Made by a program: the position numbers and the translations under genes | Part shown: piece by piece, positions 48,848 to 61,199 of the stretch | Layout of the letters: the number at the start of each line of letters is the position of its first letter | Numbering within the stretch: the first letter of the stretch is position 1 | The notes under the pieces: generated by a model | Databases searched by the model: none | Told to the model about the DNA's origin: nothing | The model's input: only the letters and a program-made list of their open reading frames with translations | DNA from: Dendrobates tinctorius | Taxonomy: Eukaryota | Direction of reading: 5' to 3' | Length of the DNA: 64,000 nucleotides | Assembly (NCBI RefSeq): GCF_039654945.1 | Contig: NW_027361675.1 | Coordinates: forward strand, 61,070,001-61,134,000

Positions 48848-51810
48848 TCCAATCTCACTTATCCTCTAGTCACTTTGGTCACAGCTGTGCCATCGAGCCT
48901 GTCACATAGCGCTCAGATATTCATTGGGCCTCACACAATCCAAAAGTGTCCAGTGTCCAAAAGTGTGTGCAGAGATTCAAACTCTCACTTATCCTCTAGT
49001 CACTTAGGTCACAGCTGTGCCATCGAGCCTGTCACATAGCGCTCAGATATTCATTGGGCCTCACACAATCCAAAAGTGTCCAGTGTCCAAAAGTGTGTGC
49101 AGAGATTCAAACTCTCACTTATCCTCTAGTCACTTAGGTCACAGCTGTGCCATCGAGCCTGTCACATAGCGCTCAGATATTCATTGGGCCTCACACAATC
49201 CAAAAGTGTCCAGTGTCCAAAAGTGTGTGCAGAGATTCAAACTCTCACTTATCCTCTAGTCACTTAGGTCACAGCTGTGCCATCGAGCCTGTCACATAGC
49301 GCTCAGATATTCATTGGGCCTCACACAATCCAAAAGTGTCCAGTGTCCAAAAGTGTGGAGGTCAAACCTGAGATGTCTGTGTTCAGACCTGGTTGGCCTT
49401 CATCTGCACCTGCTCCATCTGGCTGCACGGGAGTGATGCAGATATGCTTCAGGTATGGATTGCATTTGATATGGTCTTGCTTTTAAAACATTTAGGAGGC
49501 CGCAATGGCACAGTGAATAATAAAAATGTAGAGTAGGACCCCCCATATGAGATTGCCTTGGCGTGGCGGGGTGGCTCAATATATTGATCAATATTTTGCT
49601 AAATGTCTCATTTTGAATGCAGTAAGATATGTGCATATGCACCTCATGTTATGCGTTCTGACCACTGGCAGTGCTGGCTCTTCTCTCTTTTTATTGCAAA
49701 TTGGTTTTGTGGCTGACCACCACTGTTGCCGTGCACGCTGGGTCATGTTCGCCATCTTTTCTGTGTTTATTGTGATTGATCTAGGCTGCTGTGCACACTC
49801 ACGGCAGCCCCGCCCTGCCCCAGGCTTTATTTATTTTTGCATCCATGTCTGGGCCTGCATTGCCCTTCATCTGTGTTTGCTGGTTGGGCAGTGTGTGGAG
49901 GTCAAACCTGAGATGTCTGTGTTCAGACCTGGTTGGCCTTCATCTGCACCTGCTCCATCTGGCTGCACGGGAGTGATGCAGAAATGCTTCAGGTATGGAT
50001 TGCATTTGATATGGTCTTGCTTTTAAAACATTTAGGAGGCCGCAATGGCACAGTGAATAATAAAAATGTAGAGTAGGACCCCCCATATGAGATTGCCTTG
50101 GCGTGGCGGGGTGGCTCAATATATTGATCAATATTTTGCTAAATGTCTCATTTTGAATGCAGTAAGATATGTGCATATGCACCTCATGTTATGCGTTCTG
50201 ACCACTGGCAGTGCTGGCTCTTCTCTCTTTTTAGTCCAAAAGTGTGTGCAGAGATTCAAACTCTCACTTATCCTCTAGTCACTTAGGTCACAGCTGTGCC
50301 ATCGAGCCTGTCACATAGTGCTCAGATATTCATTGGGCCTCACACAATCCAATAGTGTCCAGTGTCCAAAAGTGTGTGCAGAGATTCAAACTCTCACTTA
50401 TCCTCTAGTCACTTAGGTCACAGCTGTGCCATCGAGCCTGTCACATAGCGCTCAGATATTCATTGGGCCTCACACAATCCAAAAGTGTCCAGTGTCCAAA
50501 AGTGTGTGCAGAGTTTCAAACTCTCACTTATCCTCTAGTCACTTAGGTCACAGCTGTGCCATCGAGCCTGTCACATAGCGCTCAGATATTCATTGGGCCT
50601 CACACAATCCAAAAGTGTCCAGTGTCCAAAAGTGTGTGCAGAGATTCAAACTCTCACTTATCCTCTAGTCACTTAGGTCACAGCTGTGCCATCGAGCCTG
50701 TCACATAGCGCTCAGATATTCATTGGGCCTCACACAATCCAAAAGTGTCCAGTGTTCAAAATTGAGTGCAGAGATTCAAACTCTCACTTATCCTCTAGTC
50801 ACTTAGGTCACAGCTGTGCCATCGAGCCTGTCACATAGCGCTCAGATATTCATTGGGCCTCACACAATCCAAAAGTGTCCAGTGTCCAAAAGTGTGTGCA
50901 GAGATTCAAACTCTCACTTATCCTCTAGTCACTTAGGTCACAGCTGTGCCATCGAGCCTGTCACATAGCGCTCAGATATTCATTGGGCCTCACACAATCC
51001 AAAAGTGTCCAGTGTCCAAAAGTGAGTGCAGAGATTCAAACTCTCACTTATCCTCTAGTCACTTAGGTCACAGCTGTGCCATCGAGCCTGTCACATAGCG
51101 CGCAGATATTCATTGGGCCTCACACAATCCAAAAGTGTCCAGTGTCCAAAAGTGTGTGCAGAGATTCAAACTCTCACTTATCCTCTAGTCACTTAGGTCA
51201 CAGTTGTGCCATCGAGCCTGTCACATAGCGCTCAGATATTCATTGGGCCTCACACAATCCAAAAGTGTCCAGTGTCCAAAAGTGTGTGCAGAGATTCAAA
51301 CTCTCACTTATCCTCTAGTCACTTAGGTCACAGCTGTGCCATCGAGCCTGTCACATAGCGCTCAGATATTCATTGGGCCTCACACAATCCAAAAGTGTCC
51401 AGTGTCCAAAAGTGTGTGCAGAGATTCAAACTCTCACTTATCCTCTAGTCACTTAGGTCACAGCTGTGCCATCGAGCCTGTTACATAGCGCTCAGATATT
51501 CATTGGGCCTCACACAATCCAAAAGTGTCCAGTGTCCAAAAGTGTGTGCAGAGATTCAAACTCTCACTTATCCTCTAGTCACTTAGGTCACAGCTGTGCC
51601 ATCGAGCCTGTCACATAGCGCTCAGATATCAGTGGGCATCACACAACCCAAAAGTGTCCAGTGTCCAAAAGTGTGTGCAGAGATTCAAAATCTCACTTAT
51701 TCTCTAGTCACTTAGGTCACAGCTGTGCCATCGAGCCTGTCACATAGCGCTCAGATATCAGTGGGCCTCACACAATCCAAAAGTGTCCAGTGTCCAAAAG
51801 TGTGTGCAGA
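48848..51810. repeat. 120-bp satellite (~17 near-identical copies) interrupted by a 540-bp unit present ~1.6x (49352-50233)
   Basis: Unit CTCTCACTTATCCTCTAGTCACTTAGG...AAAAGTGTGTGCAGAGATTCAAA at exact 120-bp period. Confidence 0.95.
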
Positions 51811-51866
51811 AAGTGTGTTTTACATACTATATAGTTTGTTGGATTTTGTCTACATTTCTACCAAAA

Positions 51867-54800
51867 ATGAGGAAGGCTGGTGGAAGAGGCCGTGGAATTG
51901 GGCGGGGGTTGGCAGCTGGTAATGATGGTGTTGGTGGTGGATCTGATGGTAGTGGCAAGAGCAAAATAGGACCGAATGCAGGAGGTGTTGAGCCTGCGTC
52001 ATCGTCTGGCTACATAAGGCCTCGAACGCTTAGTTTTCTAGGAGTTGGCAAACCGCTTTTAAAGCCAGAGCATCAGGAAAAAGTTTTGTCTTACATTGCT
52101 GACTCAGCCTCCAGCTCTATTGCCTCCTCTTCTTCAGTTGTAAAAAGTAAAAGCACTGAGTCATCATTGGAGGCTCATGTTCATGAACCACACCTTTCCT
52201 TGTGTCCTTCACCCCAACCAAGATTGAAGGATGACGCAGGCCATACTACTGATTACTCCATGGAGCTGTTTTCACATACCATGCCTGGATTATCAAGTGA
52301 AATGGTGAATTACCCAGGCCAAGATGAATCTGACATGGAGTGCACTGATGCACAGCCGCTGATGGATGATTCTGCTGGTACATTCACTCAGAGCACTACA
52401 TTGTCCTCGCAGTGTACAGAGCCAGATTCTGACCCTGATGAGACTCAGGTGCCCCTTCCCGCACACTATACCACCATACACGGTGACACAGAGGAAGGTG
52501 CACATGACATAGAAGAGGAGGTGATGGATGACCCAGTTGTTGACCCAGATTGGCATCCATTGGGGGAAGAGGGTGCTGCTTCCAATAGCTCAGATGAGGA
52601 GCATCCACAGCAGACATCGACATCGCAACAGCTGTTATCTGGCAGGCCCGGAGCACTCCAAAGACAGGTTCCAAACATCAAAAGAGTTGCTGGACAGCTT
52701 GTCCAGAGGGTCAAAAGATCACAGCGTGCTAGGCCGCAAAATGTCTGCCAAAGTAGGAAGAGTGCAGTGTGGCACTTTTTTGACCAAAATCCTCATGATC
52801 AGGCCAAGGTTATCTGTACGAAGTGCGCAAAGACCTTTAGCCGAGGGAAAAATCTGAAAAATTTGAATACCAGTTGCATGCTTAGACATTTAACCAGCAT
52901 GCACTTGCAAGCGTGGACACAACACCAAACCTCAAGTGCCACATGTGCAACTGATCACAACGAAGGTACATTGTTTCCCCCACTGTAAGCCCACCGGTTA
53001 GCACAGCAGCAAATGTTGAGGTGTCGTTGCAAGGCCACAGCAGTCGGGGAATCCCACTGTTATATCAACGAAAGACTGATTCTAGGCCATCAGAAAGAAC
53101 ACCAACTCCATCACCATCATCAACCCTCTCTCAGTCCGCCCTGTCCACCGCTACTTCCACCATATGTAGCTCTCAAGTCCAGCTCACCCTCCCAGACACT
53201 ATGAGTAGGTCAAGAAAGTACTCAGACTCTCATCCGCGTACACTGGGTTTGAACGCCCACATTGCCAAACTAATCTCGTTTGAGATGATGCCCTTTCGGT
53301 TGGTGGAAAGCATAGCTTTCCGCGAACTCATGGCCTATGCAGTACCACGCTATGACCTACCCAGTCGCCACTTCTTCTCTCGCAAAGCCATCCCAGCCCT
53401 CCACCATCATGTGAAAGACCGCATTGTCCATGCACTCAAGCAGTCAGTGAGCGGAAAGGTGCACCTCACAACTGATGCATGGTCCAGTCGGCATGGCCAG
53501 GGCCGTTACGTGTCCATCACTGCGCACTGGGTTAATGTGGTGGATGCAGGGTCCACAGGGGACAGCGGTGGTGGGACAGTGCTGCCTAGCCCACGGTATA
53601 GGAAACAGTTGGCTGTAGGCGTTCCACCCTCCTCCTCCTCCTCCTCCTCCTCCTCCTCCAGAAGCGAAAGCTCGTCCACAGAGCGCAGTCGTACGAGCAC
53701 TCCATCTGCAGCTGCCACTGTTGCACACGATGTGTCCCCCTATCGAGCAGCTAGTGGAAAGCGTCAGCAGGCTGTGTTGCAGATGATGTGTTTGGGCGAC
53801 AGACATACCGCCGAGGTGCTGGCCGAGTACTTGAAGCGACAAACTGAGTCATGGCTGGGCAGTGTACATCTTGAGGCAGGCAAGGTAGTTAGTGATAACG
53901 GCCGTAATTTTGTGGCAGCCATAGCCCTTTCAAAACTCAGCCACATACCTTGCTTGGCTCACACCTTGAACCTGGTGGTGCAGTGCTTCCTCAAAAATTA
54001 TCCGGAGTTAACAGCCCTGCTCCAGAAGGTGCGAAGACTGTGCGCGCACATCCGCCGGTCGCCTGTACACTCCGTTCGTATGCAGAAGCTGCATCGATTG
54101 CTCCACCTTCCCAACCACCGCCTCATTATCGACATTGCAACAAGGTGGAACTCCACCCTGCACATGGTGGAGCGGCTGTGCGAGCAGAGGCAGGCCATAA
54201 TGCATTTGTGGGAGGATACACGGCCAGGCACTTTGAGAGCAGACATGGAGTTGACAGGTGTGCAGTGGTCGAAGCTGAAAGACCTCTGTAAAGTCCTTCA
54301 GTGTTTTGAGGAATGCACACGGCTGGTAAGCGCAGACGACGCCATCCTAAGCATGAGCATCCCACTTATGCGTCTGCTCATGCAAACTTTGACGCACCTT
54401 AAGGAGCAGGCGTCTGCAGCCAATGTTGATGAGGAGGAAGAGGAGGAGGGAATCCTTGATGACATTCAGCCATTGTCTGCTCAGGGACCTCTCCTGGACG
54501 AGGTGGAGGAAGAAGAGGAGGAGGAGGATGATGATGGGGATGATTACTTAGGGGAGGAGGATGCATCTCGTGGGGCAAGTGAAAATGTTGGCGTGGCAAG
54601 GTCTGGTACAGGGTTTGTGCGTGACTGGAGGGATGTGGATTTGCCAGAAAGTGCTCCTCCAACCATCACTCGCAGTGCATCATTGACACCGGGAACATTG
54701 GCCCACATGTCAGATTATGCCTTGCGGATCCTAAAAAGGGACCCCCGCATTGCCAAAATGATGAACGATGACGACTACTGGTTGGCCAGCATCCTGGATC

Positions 54801-55405
54801 CACGCTATAAAGGCAAATTACAAAACATCATGCCACAGGAGAACCTTGACCTAATATTGGCTAATAAACAAGCAACTCTGGTAAATCGGTTGCTTGAGGC
54901 ATTCCCAGCACACAGCAGCGGTGATGGTTCTCACACGAGCCGTACGGGCCGGGGGCAGCTTGGCAGAGGTGTTCGTGGTGCACACAGCAGAAGTGGCGTT
55001 GGAGACAGGGGTTTCATGACAATGTTGTGGACTGATTTTTCAAATACCGCTCACACAACTGGTAATACTGCATCGAAGGAAAGTGACAGGAGACAGCAGT
55101 TGTCAACCATGGTTACAAACTACTTTTCCTCCCATATCGATGTTCTCCCACACAGGTCATTCCCCTTTGACTATTGGGCTCCTAAACTGGACACCTGGCC
55201 TGAATTGGCACAATATGCCTTACAGGAGCTCGCTTGCCCAGCTGCAAGTGTGCTATCGGAAAGAGTCTTCAGTGCAGCTGGATCAATCCTGACAGAAAAA
55301 AGGACCCGTCTGTCAACCCAAAATGTGGATGATCTAACCTTCATTAAAATGAACCATGCATGGGTTTCCAAGGATTTTGTCCCACCTTCCCCTGATGACA
55401 CATAG
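51867..55405 (+). CDS. hAT transposase (ZBED-like, BED finger plus DDE), ~1179 aa if a single 1-bp frameshift at 52977-52981 is corrected
   Basis: BED finger SAVWHFF...CTKC...MLRHLTSMH. LTTDAWS (D), VSDNG (D), CLAH, TRWNS, LDPRYK, SERVFS (E) and dimerisation domain. The two ORFs join by adding one C to a C5 run. Confidence 0.9.
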
Positions 55406-55827
55406 GGTGACAGAAAAATGGCTTGCTTTGGTCCACATCTCTTCCTGGGACTTGACCTATTTCGCCTTTTGCATCAGCTGAATGTCCAACATCAACATAT
55501 GCCACTTTCTAAAACTCCCTAACTGTGCTGCCTCCCCCCCCATGGCCGGGGTCACCACCTAGCGCACGACACCGTGCGAGTGCCATTGCCCTGGACAGGT
55601 GGGTAGGCCGACTCTTGGGCGCGGACACTGGCACAGGGTCCCTCATAGTGCAATCAAGTGTCTCTGACGGTGGTGGTGCACACCCGCCGTCAGACACACC
55701 GCTGTACTATGAGGGGCCCAATGCCAGTACCGACGCCCATGAGTGGGCCCCCCTTGCTTGGGCAGGGCCCCAGCATTTGCAATCTTTACTTCTCCCTGCT
55801 CCTCCGCTGTGTAATCTGGGCCGTCAA

Positions 55828-56585
55828 ATCCATACTGTGCCTGACACCGTCTGAGCCTGCCTCCTGAGACATATATTTTGAATGTGTACGCCATCCATAC
55901 ATGTTATCCGGGGATACGGTACCCTTTCTAACCTTTGTGCAATCACGTGCAATCCATACTGGGCCTGACACCGTCTGAGCCTGCCTCCTGAGACATATAT
56001 TTTGAATGTGTACGCTATCCATACATGTTATCCTGGGATACGGTACCCTTTCTAACCTTTGTGCAATCACGTGCAATCCATACTGGGCCTAACACCGTCT
56101 GAGCCTGCCTCCTGAGACATATATTTTGAATGTGTACGCTTTCCATACATGTTATCCGGGGATACGGTACCCTTTCTAACCTTTGTGCAATCACGTGCAA
56201 TCCATACTGGGCCTAATACCGTCTGAGCCTGCCTCCTGAGACATATATTTTGAATGTGTACGCTATCCATACATGTTATCCGGGGATACGGTACCCTTTC
56301 TAACCTTTGTGCAATCACGTGCAATCCGTACTGGGCCTAACACCATCTGAGCCTGCCTCCTGAGACATATATTTTGAATGTGTACGCTATCCATACATGT
56401 TATCCGGGGATACGGTACCCTTTCTAACCTTTGTGCAATCACGTGCAATCCATACTGGGCCTGACACCGTCTGAGCCTGCCTCCTGAGACATATATTTTG
56501 AATGTGTACGCTATCCATACATGTTATCTGGGGATACGGTACCCTTTCTAACCTTTGTGCAATCACGTGTAATCCATACTGGGCG
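55828..56585. repeat. 124-bp tandem repeat, ~6 copies
   Basis: AATCC(A/G)TACTG at 55828, 55951, 56075, 56199, 56323, 56447, 56571. Confidence 0.95.
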
Positions 56586-56681
56586 TGAGAACGGCTGGCA
56601 AGCTACAGTACCTGTGGTTTGCACACGTAAGTTTTTCATTTTTTCAGGAATGACGGTTAGGCCTAATTCCGGAACTGCAGT

Positions 56682-57107
56682 TGACCTGCACTTACTGGGA
56701 AATCATTGTTCGCGGGTAATAATTGTAATCACTCAGTGATCCCCATCACTAACGTTGTTCAGCGGGTTATCTGCACCTGTAAGCGACAAACGCTGGCCTT
56801 TTCAGTGTAGCGCACATGCAGCCACGGACATGTAAGGGCATGACACACCAGTTATTGGCCAATCTCATGTTCCAGAGCCTCACTTGTCCCTCTAGTAAGC
56901 CGGACTCGGACCGCGGGGCATGACGGAGTCTCGTTCATTAACGGAATTAAGCTTGCAATGTGTGCATCTGTTCTGTAGCTGGCATGGTTGAGGTTTCCCA
57001 GGTGGAGTCGAATTTAACCGTAGGCTCCACTCCTGGTGGTGCCCTTCTGGACATTCCTTTAAGGTTCAGCTTTGCAACCATACTGCCCACGTAAAACAAA
57101 CACTTTG
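56682..57107 (-). pseudogene. Diverged 18S rRNA fragment (3' half) inside the hAT element
   Basis: Collinear matches to the reverse complement of SSU rRNA: GCACTTACTGGGAA, GATCCCCATCAC, TCAGTGTAGCGC, CACTTGTCCCTCTA, GAGTCTCGTTC, GAGGTTTCCC, GGCTCCACTCCTGGTGGTGCCCTTC, CAGCTTTGCAACCATACT. Confidence 0.9.
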
Positions 57108-58744
57108 CCTTCATGAACGCTGTTTGGAGGGTCATGACTCGTGGGAATAACGCCGCCCAATCAGTTAACCTGCTAGAGAGATCCTTCGTTGCTCCCAAGC
57201 ATGACATCACACTCCCTAGGAGGAAGGTAATGCCACTGTGGCGACCGTACTCCTGGGGGCGACACAAGTGCACTGATGCCCAGCGACTGCTCGATGAATC
57301 TGCTGGTACATTGACCCAGACCACTACATTCCCCTCTCACGCTACACGGCCTGAATCTGACCCTGATGAAACTCAGGTTACCCTTCCCATATACAGTTCC
57401 ATCTTACACGGTGACAAAGAGGAAGCTGCAGATGAAAGTGCAGGTTCGGCCCACCCGCCATCAGACACACCACCGTACTATCAGGGGCCCTGTGCCAGTG
57501 CCGTCGCCAACGAGTGGGCCCCCCCTGCTTGCTCAGGATCACAGCACTTGCAAGGTTGAAATACTGTGCAGTGAGATGGAAGATGGGGATGACGAGGAGT
57601 CCAGACTAGTCCAGGGATTCCCTAGCGAGGAGACTTATTTGATTGTTTTCAATGTTGGGACAGCAATTTTTGGGGAGCACTATACTCTGGAGAATGATAT
57701 ATGGGGCTCACCATACACTGGAACATTCCAAAGGTGGACATCAGACACTGGAGCAGCATTTACAGGGCCCATTATACACTAGAGCATTAGAAATGGGGCC
57801 CATTATGTTTGGAGCATTATTTGGGCCCATAAGACAGTGGAGCTTCATCCATGGGGACCAACATATACTGTAGCATTATGTGGAGCTCATCATATACTGT
57901 TTCAAACATTATATGGGACCAATGATTCTGTATGGAGAAATAGATGGGCCTCGTCATGAGATGTAAAAAGTGAAGTATTTTTCATTGTACTATACCGCTA
58001 TTTCTCTGCCGTATCGGAGCATGATCATTGATGAGTTGTGGTATGTGTTAAAGGGGCGCTCTTTCGCCCAGGGCACATGAAAACCTGCAGCCAGCCCTCC
58101 CCCCCACAACTTTAGCCAAATAACCCCCATTTTTCAGTGTGTAACTTGTATTATGAAGTTAATTAAGGTTGACAAGCTTAAGTAAGAAGAATTGATGCTT
58201 TTGGCATTCAAATGGGCACTGTAGGTGTGTTTCCTGTCCTCCTCTCACTGCCGACTTTTATTCCCCATTGACTTACATTGGGTTTCGTGTTTCGGGACGA
58301 CCCCGACTTTTCCCTATAATCGGACGATCTTGCTCGACCCGACTTTTGGAAAAGTCGGGTTTCACGAAACGAAACGCGACCCTAAAAAAACAAAAGTCGC
58401 TCAACTCTAGTAGCGACATAAATAGATACAATTTCTACAGAATCATAGCAAGGCATCTACATAAAAATATATAATGGTATGATGTACCCTCTATCAGAAT
58501 CCAATAAGTATGTAGTTTTGAAATGCTATAAAGCTAATTTAACTATTAAACATTGGCTATATGACTAGGGAATTTAAATAAGTGGCTTGTTTCTTAAAGA
58601 AAACTCTTTTCTAACTTCCATACTAGAGCACATATAAATCATAGCGGGAGTTCCTCTATTAGCCAGAGTAGAAAGCCACTAATGAAGACCATCCCTCATT
58701 CTGATGAACTTCATCTGCGCATAGAAAATAGTGTGAATAACAAA

Positions 58745-58870
58745 GTGCTGCTGGAGAATAGGAATTATCCAGAGTATCCATGCAAAGCATTTATTGGAGA
58801 TTCACAAAAAACAAGACTACATTTTTCGGTATTGAACCAGTACCTTCCTCAGGCCTTAACGCTTCAACAA
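58745..58870 (-). ncRNA. Penelope-type terminal remnant with a degenerate minimal hammerhead ribozyme core
   Basis: Minus strand CTGAGGA-A-GGTACTG-GTT-CAATACC-GAAA (~58852-58823), followed by AATAAA. Confidence 0.45.
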
Positions 58871-59572
58871 AAGTGAGGGCTTTATATACAAGAAAAAGGT
58901 AAATTTCATGACACATTTGGGTCAAAGCAATAGCAGGGAGAACTTAAAATAAAAAATATAATTGATAAAGCACTCCTGATTTAATTTGAATCCAAAGCTC
59001 TAATGCTTAGAATGCACCAGTGTCAACCACTGTGCCACTAATTCATGAAGGTGCCAAGTTTGCAGTTCATTGGTAGCAATACTAAAATTTTAGTGCAATC
59101 TATAGGAGAATTGTTTGTAGAAAACCAGAGGGAAGAAATGCAATGTGGCCAGACCACACTTAACAAATCACAAAGAAGGTGCTGGGTAATGGCTATCAGA
59201 TTAAAATAAGTTTAAATAATAGATCTCATACTTTTTTGCTATGAAGATGTATGATACAAAATAAATTTTAAAAGTACATATTACAATACATTTATAAACA
59301 CAGAGTAACATATAAGAAAAAGATGCACAAGAACTTATAAAATTATAAGTTGATTTATTAACTCAAATAACAAAACATTACATAAAACCATTAAAAAGCA
59401 GATGAAAACAAAACAATCAGATAGTGAGCCAAGATTTGTGGCACCACAGCCTGACAGGAGATTTTGTTACAGTAGTAGCAAAATAAATGTTACCTAGTAA
59501 ACAGGCAACAGTATCACAGTCCCAGTGTAAAAATATCCTACCACATAAGTGCTAAAGTGCAAAGTCCATATA

Positions 59573-60300
59573 TTACCAACACAATAAAAATGCCCAAGAC
59601 TTTGTGGAGTCCTCAAAGTCTTGGAAAACTGCACAAATGTCAAACATCCATGCCCAGACTTCAGTTGTTATGTGTGGAGGCTGACTAGGATACTGAAGGG
59701 TGTGTTGGAGTTGGTATTTCACAATGACCCTCTGCTGCTCACAAAGTCTTGCTAGCATGTGCAGTGTGGAGTTGCAGCACATGGTCATTTCACACACCAG
59801 TCGGTGAGCTGGCACTTGCATGTGCTGCTGCAGCACTGCCAGTGTGGTGGCAGTTGCAGCTGACTGGTGGAAAAGGGTGCTGACACGGAATACCTTGACC
59901 AGAAACTGTGGCAAATCTGGGTGCATTTTCAGAAACCGCTAAGTTGAGCACATGGGCCAAGCATGGTATGTGTGTAAGCTTTCTAAGCTTCATAGCCACC
60001 ACCAGGTTACACTCATTATCACACATAATCATGCCTGATTGTAGGTTTAGCGGTGAGAGCCACAGATCTGTCTGGTCTGTTATTCTTTTCAATAACTCTG
60101 TCGTGGTGTGCGGTTTGTCTCCTAGACAAATTAAATTCAGAAGAACCTGGTGCCGCTTCACTGATGCAGTGCTGCAGAGCCTCCAGCTGATGTGGACGAT
60201 GTTCTCTGAGATAGCATATCAGAGATGGAGGATGAGGAGAAGCAAAATGGGTGCAGGAACTGCTGTAGGGGGTGGAGGAAACCCTGATAGAAAAAGGCCT
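59573..60300 (-). pseudogene. Decayed hAT transposase fragment
   Basis: KRHQVLLNLICLGDKPHT, CDNECNL, HIPCLAHVLNLAV, CNSTLHMLARLCEQ; homologous to the 53021-55405 protein. Confidence 0.85.
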
Positions 60301-61199
60301 AGCAATCCCCAAATTTCTTTTCCTGTAGCAGGCCAATTTAGATTTTATTTCAAATCAATGAAATTTCACACAAACCAAGTTCTAGAGTATATATGACAAT
60401 AGTCAATTTTTGTGAACTGTACCAGATCAAGCATTTTTTTAAAAATTTAACCCACCATAATATTACATAAAGAACATTAAACTGTATGGATTAATAATTG
60501 AATCCAGCAAAAAATTTTGAACTTTTTTTTGAGTTTTAGAGTAACAATATAAAAAGTAACATAACCTCATTAAACTGTGGGGAACCCCAAGTACAGTCCA
60601 ATTTCTTAGGGATGGTATCCCCATGTGAAGCCACCTCAAGGAGCCTCTCCCAGGCCTGTTAATTTCTCAAGATGGTTCATCCTGCTCCCATCCTTCTCAT
60701 ATCACACCCAACGCATATCAGTAATGATGACCCTCCACCTTGAGGAACAGGAACTTGATACCAGCAATCAGCCCTTGCAGCCTTCGATGCAAAGGTTCCA
60801 TCTCTACCAGCCTCTGGTTGAACGATATGTGACGACTGGTCCCAAACATTTCTATGGACCCCCATCTCCACTCCCAATCATATGTAATGATTTCTCTCCA
60901 TCATGCCAACTGTCGGTACTTTGTGGCTAGAAGTCCCACTAGCATTTCTCCAGCCCTGATCCTGGCATGCTGGATCCTGACTCTCCCATCTGCAGTCTGC
61001 AAAAACTCCAGTGGTGAAGGCTGCTGTTTGGATTTGAGCTTTGGTTTTTCCTAAAAAGCAGCTGGGTCTAGACCACAAGCTGCTGCTCCCTCAGCTGTCA
61101 TGCCAGCTTGGTCTTGTTCCTATATTTCTCCAGTCACTCCCTCGGGAGTCTTGCTTGATTCTGCCATCTTTGTCGCTTAGTCGCCCACTAAGCAAGGTC

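Larger units (their letters stand above)
48282..58409 (+). mobile_element. Full-length hAT DNA transposon (10.1 kb)
   Basis: 13-bp TIR TAGAGTTGAGCGA. Perfect 8-bp TSD GTAGCGAC (48274-48281, 58410-58417). AAAGTCG/CGACTTT subterminal repeats at both ends. Confidence 0.97.

Noticed and set aside
48848-51810. CRISPR-like regular array
   Set aside because: Units are identical end to end with no unique spacers, there are no cas genes, and the context is eukaryotic. It is a satellite.
52960-53040. Intron bridging the two hAT ORFs
   Set aside because: GT donors exist (52966, 52985) but there is no polypyrimidine acceptor at a plausible distance. A 1-bp homopolymer deletion explains it more simply.
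56682-57107. Functional rRNA gene or contaminant rDNA
   Set aside because: Partial, internally deleted, mutated in universally conserved positions and embedded between TSD-defined transposon ends.
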